Positions 31,661-40,787 of a DNA stretch of 64,000 nucleotides are shown one piece after another (the stretch's first letter is position 1; every line of letters begins with the position of its first letter). The notes under the pieces were generated by a model, which worked only from the letters and a program-made list of their open reading frames with translations, was not told where the DNA came from and ran no database searches. Position numbers and translations under genes: made by a program. Origin of the DNA: Armatimonadota bacterium (GTDB lineage: Bacteria > Sysuimicrobiota > Sysuimicrobiia > Sysuimicrobiales > Humicultoraceae); assembly GCA_016869025.1 (NCBI GenBank), contig VGFA01000001.1, positions 140,309-204,308 on the forward strand, read 5' to 3'.

Positions 31661-31975
31661 ATGCTGGCTGCTGAGGTCGCAGAGGCGAAGCGCGCCGAGG
31701 ACGTGGTCATCCTCGATCTGCGTGAGCAGACCCTCGTTACCGACTACTTCGTGTTGTGCACCGCGGCCAGCCGGGTGCAGATCCGTGCCGTGGCGGACGC
31801 GATTACCGACGCCCTCAAGGACAGCCAGGTCCGTGGTGTGCGCGAGGGTGCCGAAGCCGGGCAGTGGGTCCTGCTCGACTACGGCGACGTCGTGGTCCAC
31901 GTATTCGGCCCTGAGGCCCGGGCCTTCTACCGGCTCGAAAGGCTTTGGGCCGACGCGCCGGTCGTGGACCGGTAG
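31661..31975 (+). CDS. rsfS: Ribosome silencing factor RsfS (Iojap)
   Basis: It has the motif DVVILDLREQTLVTDYFVLCTAAS...LLDYGDVVVHVF. The start is chosen at the internal ATG (105 aa). The ORF track extends it back to 31562. Confidence 0.75.
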   Translation: MLAAEVAEAKRAEDVVILDLREQTLVTDYFVLCTAASRVQIRAVADAITDALKDSQVRGVREGAEAGQWVLLDYGDVVVHVFGPEARAFYRLERLWADAPVVDR

Positions 31976-31982
31976 GCGGACG

Positions 31983-32855
31983 ATGCACCTGGCCGTCCGG
32001 CCGGCGACGATCGAGGACGGCACCACGCTCGTCCGCGTGCTGGACGCCGCATATGCCGGCGGCTACTCGGCCACGTTCGATCGCGACGGTCCTCTTCAGC
32101 CCAACGATCTGTGGTGGGCCCGGTCTGAGAAGGACATCAGTGTGATCGAGGTCAACCGAGATCCCTCCGGCATGCTGGTGGTCGGCCGCAGCGCCGGCCA
32201 GTGGCTCGTGGAGGAGATCCTGCTGGACGGATTCTCCAGGTACCCGGCCAGGACGCAGGAGGCGCTTCTGGGCCGGATCAGCGCACACCTGACGGCCCTG
32301 TTCCAGCGCGCGGGTCAGGACGCGATGCTCCTGCGCGTGGCCGACACGAACCCGTTCGGTCTCCTCCTGGTTCGAAGCCTGCACGCGGCCTTCACCAACG
32401 CCCTGCTGGTCCACCGGTATCGGGGCCCCAAGCGCCCTGGTGCCGGCTCTCCTACGGGCTATGAGGTCCGCCGGTGGATGCCGGCCGACGCGCGCGAGGT
32501 CGGACGGCTGGTGCGCGAGGTGACGGCTGACCGCGGCCGCATAGACGAGGTCGAGCGGGCGGTGCGCGCCAAGGACGCTAAGGGCTACGTGGCGTGCAGG
32601 GACGGCCTGGCCGTCGGCGTTGCCACGGTCGAGCTGCGGCCGGGCAGGCCTGACTGGTTCGTCGGCGTGCGCGAGACGCACCGACGCCGCGGGCTGGGGC
32701 GCGCGCTGGCGCACGCGGCCATCGGCGCGATGGCTGCGCGCGGGACGCCGCCGTACGCGACCGTCTGGGCTCTCGACCCCATCGCCGGGCCGTTCCTGCG
32801 CGCTCTAGGATTCGTCGTAGAGCGAACGTATCTCTATGTGGAGAAGCCGCTGTAG
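31983..32855 (+). CDS. Tandem-GNAT N-acetyltransferase
   Basis: 290 aa with two acetyl-CoA binding segments (...RRGLGRALAHAA in the C-terminal half). Confidence 0.6.
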   Translation: MHLAVRPATIEDGTTLVRVLDAAYAGGYSATFDRDGPLQPNDLWWARSEKDISVIEVNRDPSGMLVVGRSAGQWLVEEILLDGFSRYPARTQEALLGRISAHLTALFQRAGQDAMLLRVADTNPFGLLLVRSLHAAFTNALLVHRYRGPKRPGAGSPTGYEVRRWMPADAREVGRLVREVTADRGRIDEVERAVRAKDAKGYVACRDGLAVGVATVELRPGRPDWFVGVRETHRRRGLGRALAHAAIGAMAARGTPPYATVWALDPIAGPFLRALGFVVERTYLYVEKPL

Positions 32856-32878
32856 CGCCGCGCGATCCGCGTAGCGCG

Positions 32879-35323
32879 ATGAGGATTGCCAGGACCGCAT
32901 CCCTGGCCGCCCTGCTGCTGATCCTGGCGCTTCCCGCGGGCGGGGCTCCTGCTCCTGCTGTCCTCGACCGCCCCCCGGGTGAGTTCGAGCTGCCGTACTC
33001 TCCCGCCGACGGCGCGGTGGTCTCTATCACGCCGCCGGGCTTCGTTTGGATTCCGGTTGCGCGGGGCGCGCGGTATGCCCTGCAGGTGGGGCCGGCCCTG
33101 GATCCGGCCGGGCCTGGGGGCCGAACGGTCCGCGGGATCACGATGGCGTCGCACGCCCCGCGCGAGGTCCTCGCCCCGGGCCGCTGGGCCTGGCGTTACG
33201 GCGTCGAGTCCTCCGATGGCACCGTCGCCTGGAGTCGCGCCCGGGCTTTCACCGTGGGCCCGGACGCGCGCCCCTGGCCCTATCCAGGCGTGGACGCCAT
33301 GGCCGGCCGGGTACCACGGGGCCGGCCGCGTCTGTTCGTGCGCGCCGAGGAGGTGGCCGCCTACCGGGGTCGCGCGCGGGACGGCGACCTCCGGACTCTG
33401 GCGGCCGGGATCGTGCGCTTGGCCGAGCGCGACCTGGGCGGGTCGCTGCCTCCGGAGCCGGATTTCCTGCCGCGCACCCAGCCAGACCGGGGCCGCATCT
33501 TTGCCGAGATCATCCGCACCACGCGGCCGCCGATGGACGCCATGGAGCGGGCTGCGCTGGCCTACCTGCTAACCGGCGATGCGCGCTTCGCCGATGAGGC
33601 GCGGCGCCGGCTGCGGCACTTTTTCTCCTGGGACCCGCTGGGACCGACGGAGCTGGCGCACAACGACGAGCCGGCGATGTGGATGATGATGCGCGGGGTG
33701 AGGGCCTACGATTGGATACACGACAGGATCCTGCCCGAGGAACGTGAGGCGATCGAGCGCGTCATGCGGGTCCGCGCCGAGCAGATGCACCAGGTGTTGC
33801 GACGCCGGCCTTTCGAGAGTAACCCCTACGAGAGTCACGCCGGCCGTATCATCGGGTTCCTGGGCGAGGCTGCGCTCGCGTTCGTCCACGAGTGGCCCGA
33901 GGCGCGCGACTGGCTGGATTACGTGGCCACCGCCTATTGGACCTCCTATCCGGCATGGGGCGGTGACGATGGCGGTTGGGCCGAGGGCCCGGCGTACTGG
34001 GGTTCGTACATGAACTTCATGCTGCACTTCGCGGTGGCGCTGCGGACCGGCGCGGGCGCAGACATAATGGGCAAGCCGTTCTTCGCCACCACGCCGTTGT
34101 ACGCCGTGTACACGGCCCCGCCCTACCACCGGCTGGCACCGTTCGGGGACGGCCAGCACAGCCGTATCGAGCTGGGCAGTCTCATGTATTGGTTCTCGTC
34201 GGTGCTGCGCGATCCGGTGGCGCGCTGGTATGCAGAGGCGCGCCAGCGCGGGCCGAGCCAGGACATTCTGGGGGTCGTTTTGGCGGACGCGACGCTGGCA
34301 GGTCGGCCTCCGACCGCGCTACCCCAGAGCCGTGTCTTTCCATCGGTGGGCCTGGTCGCCATGCACAGCGCGCTGGGCGACCCGGACAACGACATCTACC
34401 TGCTCTTTCGCAGCAGCCCTTACGGATCGCACAGCCACGGACACTCCAACCAGAACGCGTTTGCCATAGAGGCCTACGGCGAAGCACTGGCCATTGCTTC
34501 CGGGTACTATCCATGGTACGCGTCGCCGCACCACGACATGTGGACGCGCGAGACCCGGGCCTCGAACGCGATTACGATCAACGGCGGTCAGGGGCAGGGG
34601 AAACGCAGCATCCGGGCGCGCGGGAGGATCGAGGCGTTCGCCACCGGCGGCGGCTACGACCACGCCTCCGGCGACGCCACTCCTGCCTACGAGGGCCGGC
34701 TGCTGCGCGCGGTGCGCCGGATCGTGCACGTGCGCCCGGGCGTGTTCGTAATCTATGACGAGGTCGCCGCGCCCGGGCCGGTCACCTGGGAGTGGTGGCT
34801 GCACACACTCTCGCGTGTGGAGGTGGACGAGGGCTCTGCCGAGATTCGGGTACGCGAGGCGAAGGCAGGGATGGTCGTGCGTTTCCTGGATCCGGTCGGC
34901 CTTGCGTTCGCGCAGACCGATCGCTTCGCCGTGCCGCCCGAGGACGGGCGGCCCAACCAGTGGCACCTGACCGCCTCGACGCGGTCGGCGCAGTCCAGCA
35001 CGGTCTTCCTGGCGGTGCTCATGCCGCACCGGGCCGGTGATACGGTCGGGCTCCCGCGCGTATCCAGGGTTGAGGGGGAGGGCGCGCTGGGCGTCGCCCT
35101 GGCGTGGCCTGACGGCCGCCGAGATCTGGTGGGCTTTCGCAGACCGGGTCGTACCGAGGCCGTCAGGCTCGAGGCGATCGAGGCCGATGCCGCGGCCTTC
35201 GCGGTGGGCACGGCCCCCGGAGGTGTCCTGCGGCGCTGGCTTATCGGGCAGGGGCGCCGCCTGACCCTGGGTGAAAGGGATCTGGCGCCGGGGGGCCCGG
35301 ACCGCACGGCCACCTGGCCTTGA
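32879..35323 (+). CDS. Secreted heparinase II/III-like (polysaccharide-lyase-like) protein
   Basis: 814 aa with an N-terminal signal peptide. The central (alpha/alpha) toroid-like region is followed by a C-terminal beta region with an SHSHGHSNQNAFAIEAYGE motif, as in the Hepar_II_III family. Confidence 0.6.
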   Translation: MRIARTASLAALLLILALPAGGAPAPAVLDRPPGEFELPYSPADGAVVSITPPGFVWIPVARGARYALQVGPALDPAGPGGRTVRGITMASHAPREVLAPGRWAWRYGVESSDGTVAWSRARAFTVGPDARPWPYPGVDAMAGRVPRGRPRLFVRAEEVAAYRGRARDGDLRTLAAGIVRLAERDLGGSLPPEPDFLPRTQPDRGRIFAEIIRTTRPPMDAMERAALAYLLTGDARFADEARRRLRHFFSWDPLGPTELAHNDEPAMWMMMRGVRAYDWIHDRILPEEREAIERVMRVRAEQMHQVLRRRPFESNPYESHAGRIIGFLGEAALAFVHEWPEARDWLDYVATAYWTSYPAWGGDDGGWAEGPAYWGSYMNFMLHFAVALRTGAGADIMGKPFFATTPLYAVYTAPPYHRLAPFGDGQHSRIELGSLMYWFSSVLRDPVARWYAEARQRGPSQDILGVVLADATLAGRPPTALPQSRVFPSVGLVAMHSALGDPDNDIYLLFRSSPYGSHSHGHSNQNAFAIEAYGEALAIASGYYPWYASPHHDMWTRETRASNAITINGGQGQGKRSIRARGRIEAFATGGGYDHASGDATPAYEGRLLRAVRRIVHVRPGVFVIYDEVAAPGPVTWEWWLHTLSRVEVDEGSAEIRVREAKAGMVVRFLDPVGLAFAQTDRFAVPPEDGRPNQWHLTASTRSAQSSTVFLAVLMPHRAGDTVGLPRVSRVEGEGALGVALAWPDGRRDLVGFRRPGRTEAVRLEAIEADAAAFAVGTAPGGVLRRWLIGQGRRLTLGERDLAPGGPDRTATWP

Positions 35324-35368
35324 CGCCGGCTGCTCGGGCAGGGGCGGCTTCCCGCGTGGGCGAAGCCA

Positions 35369-35644
35369 GTGGTAACCATGAGCGACGCGCTACGCCTCGC
35401 GGTTCTGATTGTTTCCCTGGTGACCCTTGCGACCACAGTGCGCCAGCACGCGGCCTATCTGGGCGGCCGTCGGCAGGGAGGGTTCTTCGCCCACCTGGAG
35501 ACCGCCGGCTGGCTTATCCTCACCCTTGCCTTTGGGGCGACGGCGTTCCGCCCGGATCTGTGGATCCTGGGGGTCAGCACGGCGCCCGTCGGGGCGCTGT
35601 GCATCCTGGTCCGTTCCATGCTGAGGGCCCTCGGCCGTGCCTGA
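35369..35644 (+). CDS. Small two-TM membrane protein of unknown function
   Basis: 91 aa hydrophobic ORF overlapping the smpB start. Confidence 0.4.
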   Translation: MVTMSDALRLAVLIVSLVTLATTVRQHAAYLGGRRQGGFFAHLETAGWLILTLAFGATAFRPDLWILGVSTAPVGALCILVRSMLRALGRA

Positions 35645-36137
35645 GCGCAGTGACGAGAAGCTGATAGCCACAAACCGCCAGGCCCGGCACGAGTACCACA
35701 TCGAGGAAACGGTCGAGGCCGGCCTGGTGCTCACCGGCACCGAGGTCAAATCGCTGCGGGGCGGTCGCGTCACGCTGGGCGAGGCGTTTGCGCGCGTGGA
35801 GCGCGGCGAGGCGTGGCTGCTCCACCTGCACATCCCGCCCTACGACGCCGGTAACATCTTCAACCACGACCCGCTGCGGCCGCGCAAGCTGCTGCTCCAC
35901 CAGCGCGAGATCCGGCGCCTGGCGGAGGCGGCCGCGCGGAAGGGGTACACACTCGTGCCGCTGCGCCTGTACTTCCGCAGGGGCAGGGCCAGGGTCGAGC
36001 TGGCGCTGGGACGCGGGAAGAAGCTCTACGACAAGCGCGAGGCGATCGGGCAGAGGGAAGCACAGCGCCAGGCGCAGCGCGCAGTGAAGCAGCCGGTCGA
36101 GCCGCGCGCTCGCAGGAGAAAGGGAGAGGGCGGATGA
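35637..36137 (+). CDS. smpB: SsrA-binding protein SmpB
   Basis: It has the motifs [12 protein letters not shown] and GTEVKSLR. 166 aa. Confidence 0.95.
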   Translation: MPERSDEKLIATNRQARHEYHIEETVEAGLVLTGTEVKSLRGGRVTLGEAFARVERGEAWLLHLHIPPYDAGNIFNHDPLRPRKLLLHQREIRRLAEAAARKGYTLVPLRLYFRRGRARVELALGRGKKLYDKREAIGQREAQRQAQRAVKQPVEPRARRRKGEGG

Positions 36138-36634
36138 CACAGGCTTGGGGCCAGGGACCACTCGTTGGCATCATCATGGGCAGTACCTCTGACCGGCCGG
36201 TCCTTGAGGCAGCGGTCGAGATCCTAACCGAGATGGAGATACCGCACGAGGTCAGGGTAGTCTCCGCGCACCGGACGCCCGACTGGATGTTCGAGTACGC
36301 GGCCGCCGCTGAACGTCGCGGCATCAAGGTGATCATCGCCGGCGCCGGCGGCGCCGCGCACCTGCCGGGTATGACCGCGGCCAAGACCGTACTGCCGGTG
36401 ATCGGCGTGCCGGTGCCCAGCGAGCACCTGCGCGGGCTGGACTCGCTGCTCTCGATCGTGCAGATGCCCGCCGGCGTGCCGGTGGGCACGATGGCGATCG
36501 GCCGCGCAGGCGCGGCGAACGCCGCGTTGCTGGCAGCGCGCATCCTGGGTCTTTGCGATGAGGCGATCCGCGAGCGGCTGCGGCGCCGCCAGGAGGAGCA
36601 GGCAGCCGCCGTGCTGGAGGCAGGCGGCGGATGA
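36134..36634 (+). CDS. purE: N5-carboxyaminoimidazole ribonucleotide mutase
   Basis: It has the motifs [10 protein letters not shown] and [10 protein letters not shown]. Confidence 0.95.
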   Translation: MTQAWGQGPLVGIIMGSTSDRPVLEAAVEILTEMEIPHEVRVVSAHRTPDWMFEYAAAAERRGIKVIIAGAGGAAHLPGMTAAKTVLPVIGVPVPSEHLRGLDSLLSIVQMPAGVPVGTMAIGRAGAANAALLAARILGLCDEAIRERLRRRQEEQAAAVLEAGGG

Positions 36635-37836
36635 GAGTCGGCGCAGCGGTGCCCCTGCTGCCCGGCGCAACGATCGGCATCGTCGGCGGCGGGCAGCTCG
36701 GCCGCATGCTGGCGTTGGACGCCCGGCGGATGGGCTACGGCGTGGCAGTTCTTGATCCATCCCCGGCGGCCCCGGCTGCGGCGCTGGCCGATGCGCACGT
36801 CCAGGCTCAGTTTGACGACGTCGGTGCGGTCGCCGATCTGGCGGCACGCTCGGACGTGGTGACGTTTGAGCTCGAGCACGTGCCGCTCGACTGCGCGCTG
36901 GCCGCGGCAGCGCGGCGGCCGGTTCGGCCTTCGAGCCAGGTCCTGGCGGCCTGCCAGCACCGCATACGGGAGAAGCAGTTCCTGCGTGAGCACGGGTTTC
37001 CGACTGCCCCCTGGCGCCAGGCCGGCTCTGCCGAGGAGATCGAAGAGGCGGTCGCCGGCCTCGGTCTGCCCTGCGTGGTGAAGATCCCCTTCTTTGGCTA
37101 CGATGGGCGCGGGCAGGTGCGCGTCGCGTCGCGAAACGATCTTCCGGCGGCCGCTACGCTGGGGTTCGAACGCGGGCCTCTGGTCGTGGAGCGGTACATT
37201 CCTTTCGCGAGCGAGGTCGCGGTCGTTGTCGCGCGCGGGATGGACGGCGGGCGGCGCGTCTACCCGGTCGTGCGCACGGTACACGACGACGGAATCCTGG
37301 TGGAGGTGGTGGTGCCGGCGCAGGTTCCTGCCACGGTTGCCGATCGGGCAGCCGGCATCGCCGAGTCCATAGCCACGGCGCTCGACCTCGTCGGCGTCCT
37401 TGCGGTCGAGATGTTCGTGATGGATCGCGGCGAGGTGCTCGTGAACGAAATGGCGCCGCGTCCCCACAACTCAGGCCACTACACGATCAACGCCTGCCCC
37501 ACGTCGCAGTTCGAGCAGCACGTACGCGCGATTTGTGGGTTGCCGCTGGGTGGCGCTGGCCTCCTGGCTTCGGCGGCGATGGTGAACCTGCTGGGTGACC
37601 GGCAGGGCCCGGTCCGGCTCGCCGGGGTCGAGGAGGCCCTGGCCGTGGCCGGGGTCTCTCTGCACCTCTACGGGAAGGGCGAGGCGTGGCCCCGGCGTAA
37701 GATGGGGCACATCACCGCGCTAGGGGAGACCGCCGAGGAGGCGCTGGACCGCGCGCGGCGCGCGGCGGCGATGCTCCGATGGGAGCCGGTCGCGTTATCG
37801 CAGCCGCCCCGGGGGTTGCACCTCTCCGGCGTGTGA
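36631..37836 (+). CDS. purK: N5-carboxyaminoimidazole ribonucleotide synthase
   Basis: It has an ATP-grasp fold and lies downstream of purE with an ATGA overlap. Confidence 0.9.
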   Translation: MRVGAAVPLLPGATIGIVGGGQLGRMLALDARRMGYGVAVLDPSPAAPAAALADAHVQAQFDDVGAVADLAARSDVVTFELEHVPLDCALAAAARRPVRPSSQVLAACQHRIREKQFLREHGFPTAPWRQAGSAEEIEEAVAGLGLPCVVKIPFFGYDGRGQVRVASRNDLPAAATLGFERGPLVVERYIPFASEVAVVVARGMDGGRRVYPVVRTVHDDGILVEVVVPAQVPATVADRAAGIAESIATALDLVGVLAVEMFVMDRGEVLVNEMAPRPHNSGHYTINACPTSQFEQHVRAICGLPLGGAGLLASAAMVNLLGDRQGPVRLAGVEEALAVAGVSLHLYGKGEAWPRRKMGHITALGETAEEALDRARRAAAMLRWEPVALSQPPRGLHLSGV

Positions 37837-37841
37837 GGGGC

Positions 37842-38933
37842 ATGCCCGCCCGCATCCTTACGGTCGACCCCCAGGCGCCCGGTGCCGCGGCTATCGGCGA
37901 GGCGGCCGCGGTTCTCTCTGCGGGCGGCCTGGTCGCCTTTCCCACCGAGACGGTCTACGGCCTGGGCGCCGACGCCCTGAACCCGCGCGCGGTGGAGCGC
38001 ATCTACGCCGCGAAGGGCCGCCCGGTTGACAACCCGATCATCGTGCACATCGCCGATCCCGGCGCCCTGGGCGGACTGGTTGGCGACGTGCCCCCGGCCG
38101 CGCAGATCCTGATAGCGCGCTGCTGGCCGGGTCCGCTTACCCTTGTGCTGCCGGCCGCGCCGGTGGTGCCTTCCGTGACGCGAGGCGGACTGCCGACGGT
38201 GGCCGTGCGCATACCCGCGCACCAGGTGGCGCTGGCCCTGATCCGCGCAGCCGGGTGCCCTGTGGCCGCGCCCAGCGCGAACCGGTCGGGCCGACCCAGC
38301 CCGACCACGGCGCAGCACGTGCTTGCCGACGTGGGTGGGTCGGTTGAACTCGTGCTCGACGGCGGTCCAACGCCGGTGGGAGTAGAGTCCACAGTGCTCG
38401 ACCTCACATGCGATCCGCCGGCGCTCCTGCGACCGGGCGGGGTATCGCTGGAACAACTTGTGGCGATCGTCGGTCAGGTGACCGTTCCCGTGCTGGGTGC
38501 CGCCGCGGCAGGCACCGCTGCGCCGGAGGTGCAGGCCGCGCTGGCGCGCTCGCCTGGCACGCGGTACCGCCACTACGCGCCGCGGGCAAGGGTGGTGCTG
38601 GTGGAGGCCCTGCCGGAGGTACCGCCGGAGGAGGCCGGTGCCGCGCAGCCCGCCGCCGAGCTGTCCGCGGCCGTGCGCCGGCTGTGGGACGAGGGTCTGC
38701 GCGTCGGCGTCATGGTGACAGTCGAGGCCGCTTCCAGAGTTCCCGAGGGTGCGGTCGTGCGGGTGATGGGACCGCGCGCCGATCCTGCGGCCGTGGCCGC
38801 CAGGCTGTTCGCCCTCCTGCGCGAGCTCGACGACGCAGGTCTCGATGCGATCGTGGTGGAGGGGATTCCTGAGCAGGGACTGGGCAGGGCGGTGATGGAC
38901 CGGCTGCGCAGGGCGGCAGGCCAGGCCGGGTGA
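37842..38933 (+). CDS. tsaC: L-threonylcarbamoyladenylate synthase, long Sua5-type (YrdC domain plus Sua5 C-terminal domain)
   Basis: It has the motifs FPTETVYGLGADA and KGRP, and is 363 aa long. Confidence 0.9.
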   Translation: MPARILTVDPQAPGAAAIGEAAAVLSAGGLVAFPTETVYGLGADALNPRAVERIYAAKGRPVDNPIIVHIADPGALGGLVGDVPPAAQILIARCWPGPLTLVLPAAPVVPSVTRGGLPTVAVRIPAHQVALALIRAAGCPVAAPSANRSGRPSPTTAQHVLADVGGSVELVLDGGPTPVGVESTVLDLTCDPPALLRPGGVSLEQLVAIVGQVTVPVLGAAAAGTAAPEVQAALARSPGTRYRHYAPRARVVLVEALPEVPPEEAGAAQPAAELSAAVRRLWDEGLRVGVMVTVEAASRVPEGAVVRVMGPRADPAAVAARLFALLRELDDAGLDAIVVEGIPEQGLGRAVMDRLRRAAGQAG

Positions 38934-38943
38934 GCCCCTGCCA

Positions 38944-38953
38944 TGGTATAATA
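38944..38953 (+). promoter_or_regulatory. Extended -10 promoter element (TGGTATAAT) for ssrA
   Basis: It lies about 34 nt upstream of the mature tmRNA 5' end. Confidence 0.55.
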
Positions 38954-38985
38954 AGCGTGCTTGGTCGTAGCCGCAGCCAGAATGT

Positions 38986-39335
38986 GGGGGCGATCGGTTT
39001 CGACTGGGTGGGAAGCAGCAGAGCTGCGAGCCGAGGTGGTCAGGTCCTCGTTAATCAACTGGCAGGCGCACAAACGCCAACACACAGTACGCACTCGCCG
39101 CTTAAATAGCGTCGACGCTCACCTGGTAGGGCCGGCGGCCCGGGCTGAGCGCCACAAGCCGGCTACCGTCGGGCGTCCTGGCCCGGGACGCGCGATGGGA
39201 ATCCCAACGGGCTGGCAGCTGGAGCATCCGGTCTGCGGGAGGCTCCGGCAGCGAGATCCAAAGCGCAGACTACGCTCGTAGACGCTCCGCCCTCATCCAC
39301 TCAGGACGCGGGTTCGATTCCCGCCGCCTCCACCA
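38986..39335 (+). ncRNA. ssrA: tmRNA (transfer-messenger RNA, SsrA)
   Basis: The 5' GGGGGCG pairs with the 3' CGCCUCC-A-CCA, including the G3·U70 alanine identity pair. The 3' T-arm is GGGUUCGAUUCCC. An internal tag reading frame at 39076-39105 encodes ANTQYALAA*. smpB lies 3 kb upstream. Confidence 0.95.
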
Positions 39336-39348
39336 ATCGTCCTTTAGC

Positions 39349-39372
39349 CAGGACGCGGGTTTCCGCCCGCGT
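39349..39372 (+). terminator. Rho-independent-type terminator hairpin for ssrA
   Basis: GACGCGGG-tttccg-CCCGCGTC followed by a T-rich stretch (attggttttggt). Confidence 0.6.
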
Positions 39373-39680
39373 CATTGGTTTTGGTGGCAACTGGGTGGCA
39401 GACTTTGACGTGTGGCGGGGTCGCAGCAAATGCCCGTGGACGGACTGACAGCACGGGAATCGGCTCCTCGGGTACGAGGGCGGCACAGGATCGTCGGCCA
39501 TGATCGAGTCTCGACCCTGTTCTCGGTGAGACGCCTCCACTCAACGACTCGGTGGACATCCCGGAAGAGAAGCCGGTGACACTCTAGGCAGTGCCCCGCC
39601 AGCGGATGCGGTCAGGTCATCAGGTTCTGGGACGACTCCTGGGGCCTAGCGTCGTACCGGCCGGAGCCATGATCTCAGGC

Positions 39681-39718
39681 GCGTATCAAGTGGCGTATCA
39701 GGTGATACGCCGATACGC
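39681..39718. promoter_or_regulatory. Nested direct/inverted repeat operator-like site
   Basis: gcgtatca-agtg-gcgtatca-gg-tgatacgc-c-gatacgc. The core GGCGTATCA-GG-TGATACGCC is a perfect 9-bp inverted repeat with a 2-bp spacer. Confidence 0.45.
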
Positions 39719-39792
39719 TTCCCAGAGAGCCGTCGGCGTATACTTCGCCCCCAACTGGCCAGGCACCGCGACGGTAGCTACCCTTCATGAGA

Positions 39793-40089
39793 TTACGCGA
39801 CGAGCCGCGCCCATATGATGAGAAGCCAGTGAGCGAACCCCAGGATCGCAAGCACGAGACCGGCAAACCCAAGCCTAGACGTTGTCCAGTCCTTCACTCT
39901 AGCCGCGCCGATGATTGCGGCGATCCCCGCAAGGGCGCCGAAGAGCGCTCCGAAGAGCCACACGGATCCCATCAGATCGCATCCTAGAGCGTACGGGTCG
40001 GTACGGACACAGCGCACGGAGGCTACCAGACCAGTAGCGTCAGACGCCACTGAGACGAAACCGACCAGTCTCCACATCTCGGCACTCAT
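39793..40089 (-). CDS. Small membrane protein, island paralogue A
   Basis: 98 aa with two or three TM helices. A C-x3-DP-x4-C motif is shared with the next gene. It is preceded by the conserved leader element. Confidence 0.5.
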   Translation of the reverse strand: MSAEMWRLVGFVSVASDATGLVASVRCVRTDPYALGCDLMGSVWLFGALFGALAGIAAIIGAARVKDWTTSRLGFAGLVLAILGFAHWLLIIWARLVA

Positions 40090-40128
40090 GCGCGCTTGCC
40101 TCCTCGGGTGTGGTCACAAGACGCCCCA
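40090..40128 (-). promoter_or_regulatory. Conserved leader element, short copy A (RBS-proximal part)
   Basis: On the minus strand the leader reads ggggcgtcttgtgaccacacccgaggaggcaagcgcgc-ATG, matching copies B and C. Confidence 0.55.
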
Positions 40129-40179
40129 ACACCTAGCGTTGCTGCAGACCTGCGCACAAGAACAGGCCGGCACTCGCAA

Positions 40180-40398
40180 TCAGGCCCAAAGCGACACTGC
40201 CCTGGCGCGGGTCCGGCCTTTTCGCCCATGCCGGATGGCCAACGACCCCAGCACTACGGCGAGGAGGTTTGTGATCGTTGGAGGCAGCAGATGCAATGGG
40301 ACGGCAAAGGCGCAGATCGGGTCGTAGGAGCGGCAGTCTCCTGTCACCGCCGCATAGGCTGCACCCATCAAGCCGAACCCGAGCGCCCACGCCTTCAT
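40180..40398 (-). CDS. Small membrane protein, island paralogue B
   Basis: 72 aa with GDCRSYDPICAF followed by a TM helix. It is preceded by the long leader copy B. Confidence 0.5.
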   Translation of the reverse strand: MKAWALGFGLMGAAYAAVTGDCRSYDPICAFAVPLHLLPPTITNLLAVVLGSLAIRHGRKGRTRARAVSLWA

Positions 40399-40486
40399 AG
40401 CACTCGCCTCTTCGGTTATCAGACAATAAGACGCCCCGGCCCCTCGGGAACGGCGAGGCGTCTGGTATGGGGGCCGGGCTACCGGC
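40399..40486 (-). promoter_or_regulatory. Conserved structured leader element, long copy B
   Basis: It is about 80% identical over 88 nt to 41616-41706. It contains the pairing AGACGCC/GGCGTCT and CCGGCCCC/GGGGCCGG (pseudoknot-capable). It ends in GAAGAGGCGAGTGCT-ATG. Confidence 0.6.
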
Positions 40487-40787
40487 TATCTACGGCGACC
40501 GTTCGTCAGAAGGGGCTGCCGCCTCCTCCAATCGTGTCTGTCCCTCCCGGCATGGTTGACGCCCCTCGGCGCCCGGCCGACAGGTTGTCGAGCGTGCTCG
40601 CTCTTCGGAACTTGACGAACACCTCCGCCTTTGTGAGGTGCGCGTGTTGGCTGACCATGGCGAGGCTCCCAAGGACAGTACCACAGCACAGAAGCGCCGC
40701 CCGACAAGGCAAGCCTACGCGGCGTGGCAGCCCTTGCCGGACAGCCCTGCCACACGCCGCAGCAGCTTCGGCGCTGAGAGCACGCAT

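Noticed and set aside
39336-39372. Apparent second copy of the tmRNA 3' end (ccaggacgcggg...) that might be an att direct repeat
   Set aside because: It forms a perfect GACGCGGG/CCCGCGTC hairpin followed by T-rich sequence. This is better explained as the ssrA terminator than as an integration repeat.
39336-39792. Search for an integrase/recombinase gene next to ssrA
   Set aside because: No ORF with tyrosine- or serine-recombinase motifs exists. ORFs 39301-39559(-) and 39591-39818(+) are short, overlap structured repeats, and are compositionally non-coding.
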